A DNA stretch of 64,000 bases from a virus. Taxonomy: Duplodnaviria; Heunggongvirae; Uroviricota; Caudoviricetes. The position numbers and the translations under genes were made by a program. The DNA lies in IMG/VR virus record IMGVR_UViG_3300045988_146577, one strand, 5' to 3'. Shown in pieces: positions 1 to 8,737 of the stretch (position 1 is the stretch's first letter; the number at the start of each line of letters is the position of its first letter). The notes under the pieces are model-generated. The model had not been told where the DNA came from and ran no database searches. It worked only from the letters and a program-made list of their open reading frames with translations.

Positions 1-66
1 CTCGCTGATTTCTAAACCAGTTTTATCAATGATGTCGCAGGCTAATTTCTGAATTTCGTCTTTCAT
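1..66 (-). CDS. partial CDS, N-terminal 22 codons only (continues beyond window start); unknown product
   Basis: ATG at 64-66 (minus) with AGGAG 5 nt upstream; reading frame runs off the window edge. Confidence 0.35.
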   Translation of the reverse strand, partial: MKDEIQKLACDIIDKTGLEISE

Positions 67-107
67 ACCAACTCCTAGCTAACAGATGAAAGTATTCTTA
101 CAGAAAG

Positions 108-127
108 ATAAGTAATCATCTACTTAT
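108..127 (-). promoter_or_regulatory. class-2 palindrome (TAAGTA..TACTTA family)
   Basis: ATAAGTAATCATCTACTTAT upstream of partial CDS at window start. Confidence 0.4.
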
Positions 128-141
128 TTTAGCGGCACTTG

Positions 142-1395
142 TTACGATAGCGCCTTAATGCCCAAAACCTTGCTTTGCAACTCCAACTGTTTGGTATACG
201 GTTTTGCCCGATAATAGGCTTTGATAATTTGTTCTGGCGTTGCATCGCCTGGGTCGAGTCCTTCCTCGCCCAAACATGCTACTTTGACATTAAGACCAAT
301 ACTGGTCAGTCGCCTGGCTGCGGCCATAGTGTTGCGTATAGCTTGCTTTTCACTATCCCACATCATGATCACATTACGTAATCCACGCGCCTTGAGCGTC
401 AGGAACGCGCCCAACTGATCTTCTGCATCCTGAGTGGTGTTACCAGATAGATGCATCCCGAACGTTCCTATCGGTTCCACGTAATCACGTAATGTTTCTT
501 CATCAAAAATAGCTCGTTTAACTCCCATAACATCGAACGCCCCCTCACAGACAACTACAGTCTGTTTGCCGACCGCATTATGGCCGTTGTAGAGAAACTT
601 ACCTGAAGCTGGAAGCTGCATAGGAAAGAGGTAGCGACGTTCAGCTGTACCGGTAATGTCTCGTCCCTGAAATGTCTTCATTACCCCATCCAGATCGTAA
701 ACCGGTATCAGTATTCGCATATCGAATATCTGTCCTTTAACCTGATCTGTATACGGATCTACATAGGCGTGCTTGCCTTCGACGCAGTATCGTAGGTCAA
801 AATACTTTGCCATTTCAGGCGATATGTTTCGTTCAACCAGATAGTCTGGAAGACGGCCATCTATAGGAAGCTCGTAATGACGAGGGAGTGCAACTGGCCC
901 CTCTAACTCGACTGTGCTTGCAAGCACTATCTCTTCTTTCTTTGGTGCCCACCCCTGGGAAAGAAGGGCGTTCTGCACATATTCCTCGAACTGTCGTCGT
1001 GATTTGCCGCTGTAGTGCTTGAGGAAGACCAGCTTATTGAACTGAATCTCTTCGGGATGATCACCAGCGAAGCATTTACCGACGCCACTGGTCAGATTGA
1101 AATATACCTTCCAGTTGGAGCTGCCACATACCGGACACTCCTTGATATTCACTTCACGACCGCGAGTACTCACGCCTCCACGTCGATAAACGATACCTTC
1201 AGTATCCAACCATTGTTCAAAATCTAATTCGGTAATTAGCTCTTTCAGCTCGCTCACGATAATTCCACTTTTAACAGGCAATATTGTGACCAACCTAAAT
1301 GTTGATATAACATAAAGGCTCATGTGTTTTTCTTTTGTGGTTTGGCAAAAGAAAAGTTGTTTCACCAATGAATCAAGCGTGGAGGTGTTCTCCAC
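142..1395 (-). CDS. DnaG-like DNA primase (zinc-finger + TOPRIM)
   Basis: CPVCGSS...C zinc-binding motif followed by TOPRIM-like acidic motifs (VVVCEGAFDVMGV); immediately downstream of the helicase gene. Confidence 0.75.
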   Translation of the reverse strand: MENTSTLDSLVKQLFFCQTTKEKHMSLYVISTFRLVTILPVKSGIIVSELKELITELDFEQWLDTEGIVYRRGGVSTRGREVNIKECPVCGSSNWKVYFNLTSGVGKCFAGDHPEEIQFNKLVFLKHYSGKSRRQFEEYVQNALLSQGWAPKKEEIVLASTVELEGPVALPRHYELPIDGRLPDYLVERNISPEMAKYFDLRYCVEGKHAYVDPYTDQVKGQIFDMRILIPVYDLDGVMKTFQGRDITGTAERRYLFPMQLPASGKFLYNGHNAVGKQTVVVCEGAFDVMGVKRAIFDEETLRDYVEPIGTFGMHLSGNTTQDAEDQLGAFLTLKARGLRNVIMMWDSEKQAIRNTMAAARRLTSIGLNVKVACLGEEGLDPGDATPEQIIKAYYRAKPYTKQLELQSKVLGIKALS

Positions 1396-1404
1396 GCTTA
1401 TTTT

Positions 1405-2745
1405 TTAGGTAACGTCTAAGATTCGCTCAATGAAGCGCATTTGTTCGAGGTTTTGTTTAACGCGAATGCTGATCCCTCCCTGCTGGTTACGTGAACCAGC
1501 AAAGTAGAGACGAGCCTCTCCTTTCGCTTCTTCTTCTTCGGTTTTGTTGATCGTTATTACCAGGTCAGCAATACGTACTTTTTCGATGTTGTCGGCAGCG
1601 TGCATCATTGTGGCAACTTCTGACGCGCCACCTTCACGGTTTGTCTGCGATGCCGTGATACCAGCAACGTTGTGTTTGTCATAAAGAGCACGTAAGTCGG
1701 TATAGATACTACGTATGTTGGCGCGATCATCACGAAGGTCATAACTGGCACGCATCAAATCTGCATAGTCGACAACAACCATGTCAGGCACCATGCCATT
1801 GGCTTTCATGCTGTTAAGCATACGATCCAGATCTGCCGGTGACATACTTCCTGACGGACGCTCAACAACCCACAAACTACCAATCCCCTTCGTGGCTCCC
1901 AACTCTGCCAACTTACGATGAACCTCATCGCGCCGTTCCACCAGCTTGGACATTTCTGTCTCCGACAATCTTGCATCAAAACGGTCGGATAAAATGGTGG
2001 TGTGAACCTCCAGCGAGAGATACAGAACATTGTAGCCAGCAAGCGTTGCGTTTATGGAAAACTCACCCATTGCGGTCGATTTACCGGATTTAGCGAACCC
2101 CATGAAGAGCACCATTTCGCGCTTTGCCCAGCCTTTTTGGTACAGCAACCTATCGAGCAGAGGGAGTCCAGTTGTAATGCTGTTTGGCACATACTCCTCT
2201 GAAGCCTCATATTCACGCGCTTTCAATCGCTCACTTGCGGAGGTGTAGTAGTCATAGATTCCGGTCGCTTCGTTCGATCCAATCTGCTGAACCTTGGCCA
2301 TGATTGCCATCGCCCCCTGAAAGTCGCCTTTCTCTTTCAGTTCAGCAGCCTTAATCAGAGCATCATCAAACGCTACGCTTTTTGCGAAGGTTGATACCTG
2401 GTCAACCATGTACGAGGTATCGGACAATTTTTCTGCAAGGATGCGCTTAAACGCAGCAACAACATCGGCGAATAGTTCCTCACGGATAGTCTTATCGCGT
2501 TTCGCACGCTTAAGCATATCCAGAATTGCAGATGAAGAGGGCGCGCTCTTGTACATACGGTAATAGCCCGAAACCATATTAACCAATATGGCATTGGCCA
2601 CATTGGCAAATTGGCTAGGCACAACCAGATCTCCCGCACGAGTAAGAAACTCGTGATCACGACAAAAATATGCCGTCAGTCTGTTCTGGAAATCTTCATC
2701 AAACTCTTCGGACAGCCCGCGTCCTGTATGGCAAAGTTCGGTCAT
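1405..2745 (-). CDS. DnaB-family replicative helicase
   Basis: RecA-like core with Walker A GFAKSGKST and Walker B-like VVVDYADL; AAGGA RBS; class-1 palindrome in leader. Confidence 0.75.
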   Translation of the reverse strand: MTELCHTGRGLSEEFDEDFQNRLTAYFCRDHEFLTRAGDLVVPSQFANVANAILVNMVSGYYRMYKSAPSSSAILDMLKRAKRDKTIREELFADVVAAFKRILAEKLSDTSYMVDQVSTFAKSVAFDDALIKAAELKEKGDFQGAMAIMAKVQQIGSNEATGIYDYYTSASERLKAREYEASEEYVPNSITTGLPLLDRLLYQKGWAKREMVLFMGFAKSGKSTAMGEFSINATLAGYNVLYLSLEVHTTILSDRFDARLSETEMSKLVERRDEVHRKLAELGATKGIGSLWVVERPSGSMSPADLDRMLNSMKANGMVPDMVVVDYADLMRASYDLRDDRANIRSIYTDLRALYDKHNVAGITASQTNREGGASEVATMMHAADNIEKVRIADLVITINKTEEEEAKGEARLYFAGSRNQQGGISIRVKQNLEQMRFIERILDVT

Positions 2746-2764
2746 GTGCTTTCCTTTGTTTTTT

Positions 2765-2780
2765 AAACAAATTGTTTTCT
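2765..2780 (-). promoter_or_regulatory. class-1 palindrome (AGAAAACAA-N-TTGTTT) in helicase leader
   Basis: AAACAAATTGTTTTCT about 20 nt upstream of helicase ATG. Confidence 0.5.
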
Positions 2781-2788
2781 AGTATTAG

Positions 2789-3529
2789 TTAATTAGATAG
2801 GGGATCAATAAACCGCCGTGCTTCTTCCAGTTCTTCTGGAAAGTGGGCGGAAATAAGGCGCTCTGGAACGATTTCCATTAGCCAGATAGCGGAGAAAATT
2901 GCGCGTATGCGCTTGCTGCGGGGGATGGTGCGTAAACGCTCCAGAATCCACTCAAAATAGCTTTCCTGAATCGGGTTGAACTGCATGTCTCCCATATGCT
3001 TAAAGCTAACGAGAGAGTCATCCAGACGGGTTGTTGCGCGTCTGGCTAATTTCTCTTCGAATATCTCAATCAGCTCTGGCTGCCACAAATGCTGTGGGCG
3101 CGGCAGCTTGTCCCACAGCCGTCGTGCAGCTGCGGAAAGAACGGTGGAGATAAAGTAGTCGTATGAGCAGCAATAGCGATCCGCAAACTGGCGTGCTTTC
3201 CATAGCGACGTTTTATTGGCAGTCGACAACTCCTGATAAGGCAGGCGTTTTAACCCGGTGGTGAACGGAGCTGTTTCAAAGTGTTCGCGACCGTGCGTCA
3301 GCATGATATTTGAGTACTGACGTTTGTATGCCTCCGTAAAAAGACAGGTGGCCATGAGAGGATGCATGTCGCGGTAATCAAACCACTTCGTCTCGAAGAG
3401 TTCAGCCTCGTCTTTACAGCGCGACAAACCAATGTTTTCAGCGACCCACTTGTCCATAACAGCGGTATTCCACTCTGTCATGAAGTCGTACTGGTCGTTG
3501 TCGATGGTATCGAAAAAGATTTGGCTCAT
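2789..3529 (-). CDS. hypothetical protein (replication-module neighbour)
   Basis: ORF track 2789..3538 (GTG); ATG at 3529 has AGGTGA RBS; no recognisable motif. Confidence 0.45.
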   Translation of the reverse strand: MSQIFFDTIDNDQYDFMTEWNTAVMDKWVAENIGLSRCKDEAELFETKWFDYRDMHPLMATCLFTEAYKRQYSNIMLTHGREHFETAPFTTGLKRLPYQELSTANKTSLWKARQFADRYCCSYDYFISTVLSAAARRLWDKLPRPQHLWQPELIEIFEEKLARRATTRLDDSLVSFKHMGDMQFNPIQESYFEWILERLRTIPRSKRIRAIFSAIWLMEIVPERLISAHFPEELEEARRFIDPLSN

Positions 3530-3540
3530 GTGGCTCACCT

Positions 3541-3562
3541 GGTAGGTAGTTACTTACTTATC
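3541..3562 (-). promoter_or_regulatory. class-2 palindrome
   Basis: GGTAGGTAGTTACTTACTTATC about 15 nt upstream of RBS of 2789 gene. Confidence 0.45.
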
Positions 3563-3645
3563 ACAATGAGCGGATGATAGCGACTGGTGGCAGTTTTTGG
3601 AAGTGGAAACGGAAGGGAGTTGTTCTGGTGGTGTCTTTTAAAAGA

Positions 3646-3700
3646 CCTGCTTCCGTATATATTTAATAAGTTACTTATTATTTATATATACAGAAGCAGG
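3646..3700. repeat. 55-bp AT-rich imperfect palindrome (copy 1)
   Basis: CCTGCTTCCGTATATATTTAATAAGTTACTTATTATTTATATATACAGAAGCAGG; near-identical copy at 35258-35312. Confidence 0.6.
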
Positions 3701-3805
3701 CTCCTAATGGATACCAAGAACAACATAATTTGACTCCAACCCCAGATGCTATGTCATTGACAGATTTATCAAGGGAGATCATGTTAGAATCAGTGTTTTA
3801 GCCTC

Positions 3806-4879
3806 GTGGATATTGTCACCATGCGCATGAATAGACTTCCAGGATATGGCCTTACCGAACTGGCTTTTTGGCCTCAGCCTAAATATGAACGGAATAAATG
3901 GTCGATGTTCTGTCTGAAACTCCGTAATGATGGAACCCTTGCTTGGTATCGGCGATATGTTGATCGTGGTATGCCAAACCACGCTTTTGATGACGACTAC
4001 GATAACTATCCTGAAGCAAGAAAAGCGGCATTAGAGCTGAATAAAAACGTGAGCTTTGACATTGAAAAACTTCCTCTATCTATGTTTCAAAAGAAGTCAT
4101 TGCGTTTGAAAGTTGACAAAGCACTCAAAGCCAAATCACGTCTCATGGATGAAGAGCATATAATGCTCAACGAAGCAATTAAGGCACACGCCAACGATCC
4201 GCGAGTGACATTAAATGAGTTAATAATTAACCCAGATTACGAAACTTTGCGTCAACCCCTTTTTGACGTGCTAAGCGAGATGCCTTACTTACATTTTGTT
4301 TTTCTTCCCAAATTCCAAGTTTCACTTCAACTCGTTGCTCCTAACACTTGGGAATGTTCATATAACAACAAAGCTAAGACAGCGAAGATCTGCTACCAAG
4401 AACGCATAGCCAGAGGTTTTGGTTTATCAGGCGCTGCACATTGGGGAAAAACAAAAGCGACTATTCGCTCAATGCTTCTGCCGCGTGCTAACCGGTTACT
4501 GCAACTCGCCAGCGTAAAAAGAATGCTGGATGAAGCTCTCAGGAATGGGCAAAAGGTACTGGTTGTTGGCAACTTTGTTTTCTGGTTTGAGGACAAAAAT
4601 CAGGTAGGTTGGAGTGTTAAAGTTGCTAGCGAAAGCGAAACCACCTCAAGAGGCAATACGCTCTGGAAAGAAGGAACTATCATTTCAAAAAATCACGGTC
4701 GAATTGTCGTGCTGCCGTATACAAAAGAAAACGGTAAACATGTAAAAGGTTATACCAAGAATGCCCCTAACGACGGCAACGCAATTCCGAGACATAAGGA
4801 TGAGTATGTCGAGTTGCCCTTTGAAATTTTGGATGGTGACTTGATGTTCAGTCTGTTCGGTGAGCTTAACTACGAATAG
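3806..4879 (+). CDS. hypothetical protein (357 aa)
   Basis: Long ORF divergent from replication genes; GTG start per ORF track; no recognisable domain. Confidence 0.45.
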   Translation: MDIVTMRMNRLPGYGLTELAFWPQPKYERNKWSMFCLKLRNDGTLAWYRRYVDRGMPNHAFDDDYDNYPEARKAALELNKNVSFDIEKLPLSMFQKKSLRLKVDKALKAKSRLMDEEHIMLNEAIKAHANDPRVTLNELIINPDYETLRQPLFDVLSEMPYLHFVFLPKFQVSLQLVAPNTWECSYNNKAKTAKICYQERIARGFGLSGAAHWGKTKATIRSMLLPRANRLLQLASVKRMLDEALRNGQKVLVVGNFVFWFEDKNQVGWSVKVASESETTSRGNTLWKEGTIISKNHGRIVVLPYTKENGKHVKGYTKNAPNDGNAIPRHKDEYVELPFEILDGDLMFSLFGELNYE

Positions 4880-4939
4880 CTTTCATAGAACGAAATATTT
4901 CTAAGGCTGTCCAATGCAGACCAGCCTTAGAGATTTATA

Positions 4940-5299
4940 TCAACCTTTCTTCATCAACTCTCGTTTGATTTCATCGGTACGCATCGTGACATCGGCAGCG
5001 GTGATCGCCTCATTCAATTTCACGATGTCCTCGATTTCCTGCGGTGACTTCTCTGCCAGATGGAAAATGGCTGCTCGAATCACGTCAGAACGAGTGAACT
5101 TCTCGAAGCGAGGGATGAACTTCATCATCTCCAGCAGTTCGAAGTATTCGTCCTCCAGTGACATTGTGCGGCTTTTAATTTTCTCTTTGCCACGAGTCGG
5201 GCGTCCCTGTGGTCTGACTGGTTGGCGCAAAGGAGTTGTGTTCTTAGCCGGTGCATCAGGCTCTTTGCGCTTTGCTAGGTCACCCATTTTCATGGACAT
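4940..5299 (-). CDS. small basic protein cotranscribed with ParA; candidate centromere-binding partner (ParG/ParB-like role)
   Basis: Start overlaps parA stop (5299); Lys/Arg/Pro-rich N-terminus then predicted helices; position-based inference. Confidence 0.4.
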   Translation of the reverse strand: MSMKMGDLAKRKEPDAPAKNTTPLRQPVRPQGRPTRGKEKIKSRTMSLEDEYFELLEMMKFIPRFEKFTRSDVIRAAIFHLAEKSPQEIEDIVKLNEAITAADVTMRTDEIKRELMKKG

Positions 5300-5967
5300 T
5301 ATTCTTCTTCCTCCAGACTCAACAGATAATCTACAAATTCTTCAAACTCGGCTTCCGCCTTTTTGTCGCGCTCGCTACCGGTCATTTCAAAGATAGAACG
5401 ACCAGACTCTTCCGCATCATCATAGACGTTGCGGTTATATAGATTGACTGGCGCAGACTCGATTCCAAACGTCTCAACAATCTCTTTAGCCGCCAGAATG
5501 CGAGACACTTGTGATGGCAAAGCCGGGCACTGGTTCATGACCGCGCGGACCTTCACTTTATCGTTTACATTGCGAACATTGTCGATAATAGGATCGATGT
5601 CACGTAAAGATTTCAAATCACGACGCTTAGGACGCAGCGGGATAATGATAACGTCAGCCATCAGCATCGCTTGTCGCTGAATTTCGGAGTCGAAGCCACC
5701 AGCATCTACCACTACAAACTCAGCTCTACCCTGAAGCGATTTTAGGTGCTTAATGATGTCATCCTGAACGTATGCAAAAGGAATCAGCTCAAGGTCTTCG
5801 TTCTGTCGACGGTCTTCACACCAGCTCGTTGTCGTGCGCTGAATATCTATATCGGTAATATAAACCTTCTTCTTCTTTTTGACTTTCATGCAAACGGCAA
5901 TTTGCTGGGCAACGGTGGATTTGCCAGGCCCGCCCTTTGTGCCGCCAACCACAAAGATCTTGGTCAT
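5299..5967 (-). CDS. parA: ParA-family partition ATPase (small, type Ib-like)
   Basis: Deviant Walker A VVGGTKGGPGKST, 222 aa; class-1 palindrome about 36 nt upstream of start. Confidence 0.8.
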   Translation of the reverse strand: MTKIFVVGGTKGGPGKSTVAQQIAVCMKVKKKKKVYITDIDIQRTTTSWCEDRRQNEDLELIPFAYVQDDIIKHLKSLQGRAEFVVVDAGGFDSEIQRQAMLMADVIIIPLRPKRRDLKSLRDIDPIIDNVRNVNDKVKVRAVMNQCPALPSQVSRILAAKEIVETFGIESAPVNLYNRNVYDDAEESGRSIFEMTGSERDKKAEAEFEEFVDYLLSLEEEE

Positions 5968-6002
5968 TGGAGAGTTCCCTTTGCGTATATAATTATCGTC
6001 TG

Positions 6003-6018
6003 AAACAACTTGTTTTCT
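6003..6018 (-). promoter_or_regulatory. class-1 palindrome in parA leader
   Basis: AAACAACTTGTTTTCT about 36 nt upstream of parA start. Confidence 0.5.
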
Positions 6019-6285
6019 TATATGTGATATAGCCTAAATGCCTACGGCTGCGGTGTAAAGGTTAAATGGTAGGTTGTGATTAACAATTGGCAATCATAGC
6101 TTGTATTTGTCTGTTGAAAAAAGTAACAATGACCTCTATATTACAAGTACGGTGATATGCCGTACACAATTTGATAATGCACACGTAATGGGCTATAGCC
6201 TTTTAAAGTAATTTTTGAGTCGAAAACTCAGTTTGAACAGAGGAGATTGATGGCCTTCCTACATCACGGCCATCAGGAGGAATAC

Positions 6286-6555
6286 ATGTCAGCACTAAAA
6301 AAGCAGCGCATCGATTTGAGATTAACCGATGACGATAAAAGCATCATCGAGGAAGCTGCCGCAATGTCTAACCAGAGCATTACTCAGTTTATGGTTAGCA
6401 GTGCATCTGAACGTGCCGTGAAAGTTATAGAGCAACACCGTAGACTAGTTCTGAATGAAGAATCCTGGAATCTGGTTATGGACGCTATAAGCAATCCTCC
6501 GGCACCGAACGACAAGCTGAAACGAGCTGCTGATCGTCTGAAAAGCATGGAGTAG
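6286..6555 (+). CDS. DUF1778-type antitoxin (TacA/KacA-like)
   Basis: About 90 aa ORF immediately upstream of GNAT toxin; AGGAGG RBS 7 nt before ATG at 6286 (ORF track starts 6247). Confidence 0.7.
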   Translation: MSALKKQRIDLRLTDDDKSIIEEAAAMSNQSITQFMVSSASERAVKVIEQHRRLVLNEESWNLVMDAISNPPAPNDKLKRAADRLKSME

Positions 6556-6562
6556 TTTACTC

Positions 6563-7084
6563 GTGAGCAATACAACGATAGAGATTTTCTCTGGAGAGAA
6601 AGATTATGATCTAAACGGTTTTGATTGCGGCGAAGAGTCACTAAACGCCTTTTTAGCCAACCACTTAAAAAGGCAGCATGAGGGAAAAATTCTTCGTGCT
6701 TATGTGCTTTGCACTCAAGAAGAAAGGCCAAAAGTGTTAGGATATTACACTTTGTCAGGTAGTTGTTTTGAAAAGGAGTCCTTACCTTCAAGAAGCAAAC
6801 AAAAGAAGGTTCCTTATCGGAATGTTCCAAGTGTTACTTTGGGTAGGCTGGCTTTGGACAAGTCCCTTCAAGGTCAAGGATTTGGCTCAATGCTTGTAAC
6901 ACATGCAATGCGCGTTGTGTACAATGCATCTCTTGCTGTAGGCATTCATGGACTTTTCGTTGAGGCGTTAAATGACAAAGCCAAGGCGTTTTATAAAAGT
7001 TTAGGCTTTATCCAGCTGGTTGGTAACAACGAGCGTTCTTTGTTCTATCCTACAAAATCTATCGAAAAATTGTTCGAAGAATAA
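6563..7084 (+). CDS. GNAT-family acetyltransferase toxin (TacT/AtaT/KacT-like, aminoacyl-tRNA acetylating family)
   Basis: 173 aa GNAT fold with GQGFGSML motif; GTG start 8 nt after antitoxin stop; classic antitoxin-toxin order. Confidence 0.75.
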   Translation: MSNTTIEIFSGEKDYDLNGFDCGEESLNAFLANHLKRQHEGKILRAYVLCTQEERPKVLGYYTLSGSCFEKESLPSRSKQKKVPYRNVPSVTLGRLALDKSLQGQGFGSMLVTHAMRVVYNASLAVGIHGLFVEALNDKAKAFYKSLGFIQLVGNNERSLFYPTKSIEKLFEE

Positions 7085-7116
7085 TGTGTTCCCCTCATTT
7101 GAGGGGAACTTCGACA

Positions 7117-7302
7117 TCACCAACCACAAACCCTCTCTCCCATCGTATTGTGAAAAAGGATTTGGCGTTCGGTTTCTTCAGTCATTACATCATTATTGCT
7201 GATATAGATAGGCTCAGCCCCATCGCAGAACAACACGCTGGCTGTTTGTGGTTTAATGACGCACCCACTTATCATACAACTCACGATGAACGGCAGAAGC
7301 AT
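7117..7302 (-). CDS. putative o-spanin (Rz1-like lipoprotein), overlapping Rz in another frame
   Basis: Signal peptide MLLPFIVSCMISGC with lipobox-like ISGC; embedded in the 3-prime end of the i-spanin ORF; start moved to M11 of track ORF 7117..7332. Confidence 0.4.
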   Translation of the reverse strand: MLLPFIVSCMISGCVIKPQTASVLFCDGAEPIYISNNDVMTEETERQILFHNTMGERVCGW

Positions 7303-7504
7303 CTTTCTGACGTATTTTACTGCTCGTCTCATTCACCACTTTCACTGTGTTTTGAAGTCGTTTTCTGTCTTCCTGTTTTGCCTTCTCTTCCATTGCTCGT
7401 CGCGCCGCATTCCCGCCCATCGTGTAAGCGCCGACAAGAACGAAAAGAACGGCAGCCAGCGTAATCAAAGCAACTTTTAGCTTTGTCATCAGGCTGCCTA
7501 GCAT
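7253..7504 (-). CDS. putative i-spanin (Rz-like)
   Basis: N-terminal transmembrane helix then charged coiled-coil segment; directly downstream of putative endolysin. Confidence 0.5.
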   Translation of the reverse strand: MLGSLMTKLKVALITLAAVLFVLVGAYTMGGNAARRAMEEKAKQEDRKRLQNTVKVVNETSSKIRQKDASAVHRELYDKWVRH

Positions 7505-7505
7505 A

Positions 7506-8225
7506 TTAGACCATCCCTTTCTGGTGTTTTCTTACCTGCGACCAGGCAATGAATCCTGCCACAACAATAGTGGCAATACCGAAGATGATGCGTACTGTAT
7601 CCCCGCTAGAGATATGACCTTGTGCTTTATCCATAGCAGCGGAAACCTGCGGCATAACATCGGCCAGCTGCGCCAGACCAATACCTGCTGTAACAGTTGC
7701 GCCTGCGGTTTCTTTAGTTACAGGAACAGCCTTCACGGTTTTCACCGGCTTAACAACGCCAGCTCGACGCAGACCTTCCTCAATAACTTCTGCCGCATAC
7801 CAGGTGTTCAGCGTTTTTAGCGGACCTCGCCCATTCTCATGGCGAATGATTGCCTCAACCAAAGGTCGAAGAATGTCGTAATCATGCAGATCGATAATCA
7901 TGTCTGCGGTTACACCAACGGCTTTAGACACCTCATTAATGTAGGCGTCAGTATTATTTTCATTCGGCGGTGCCCAGCGTTCAATAACTTCACGAATGGT
8001 ATCGATACTTGAGCCGTCTTTTGCGCGACGTTTGTCGTGGTAGGTAATTAGAGTCACCGCCAGCGCACGAATCCCCCAAACAGGGTCTTTAAACGTGCAA
8101 AAGCGCGGTTCGTCTGGATTCGCAACCAGACCTTGCCACGGTGATCCTTTATCAAGATTACCGGGGTTATTATTACGAATGCCTCTCGGAGTCTTCATCC
8201 TTGATCTCCTGTTATTGCAGTCCAT
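7506..8225 (-). CDS. putative lysis-cassette protein (possible endolysin; C-terminal transmembrane helix)
   Basis: Position between holin-like and spanin genes; conserved-looking GIRNNNPGNL motif; C-terminal hydrophobic helix. Function is position-based. Confidence 0.4.
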   Translation of the reverse strand: MDCNNRRSRMKTPRGIRNNNPGNLDKGSPWQGLVANPDEPRFCTFKDPVWGIRALAVTLITYHDKRRAKDGSSIDTIREVIERWAPPNENNTDAYINEVSKAVGVTADMIIDLHDYDILRPLVEAIIRHENGRGPLKTLNTWYAAEVIEEGLRRAGVVKPVKTVKAVPVTKETAGATVTAGIGLAQLADVMPQVSAAMDKAQGHISSGDTVRIIFGIATIVVAGFIAWSQVRKHQKGMV

Positions 8226-8547
8226 TTTTTACGCCATACGCGGCTAACCCCAAAAGCAGTGCAGTAATAATGAACGACGTTATTTTAGAAACAATGCCGC
8301 CAAAGAACCCACTGGAGATGGAATCTAACCGGTTAAGGAGTTTGTCCAGATTGGAGTGTTGAATACTATGTTGCGCCGGGGTCATATCACCAAAGTAGGT
8401 TTTCAGCTGATCATTGACCTCCTGGCCAATTTCTTCACGTAGCTCTTTACCTAATTTACCAACAACCTCCCGAGCAACGATCGCGGCAATACGCTCAACT
8501 TGCTCTGTTGTAACGCCCGCCATCTCGTTCGACATGTTTTCCTCCAT
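8212..8547 (-). CDS. holin-like small membrane protein
   Basis: 111 aa, single C-terminal TM helix, first gene of the lysis cluster, preceded by a terminator and a class-2 palindrome. Confidence 0.35.
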   Translation of the reverse strand: MEENMSNEMAGVTTEQVERIAAIVAREVVGKLGKELREEIGQEVNDQLKTYFGDMTPAQHSIQHSNLDKLLNRLDSISSGFFGGIVSKITSFIITALLLGLAAYGVKNGLQ

Positions 8548-8597
8548 GAAAAGTCAAATCGGGATGGCGGATTTATATCACATTTCACCCTTTTGTT

Positions 8598-8620
8598 GTA
8601 GGTGTGTACTTACCTATCTA
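8598..8620 (-). promoter_or_regulatory. class-2 palindrome upstream of lysis cassette
   Basis: GTAGGTGTGTACTTACCTATCTA, downstream of tail-fibre terminator hairpin. Confidence 0.45.
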
Positions 8621-8737
8621 TGTATATACCGTTTAACGGCTGTTCAAATTCGTATCTAGTAACTCACTAATATATCCCTATGATTGCGGCTGTGAGATCG
8701 CATTTTAAACCTCACAGCCATATAAATAATGTCTAAA

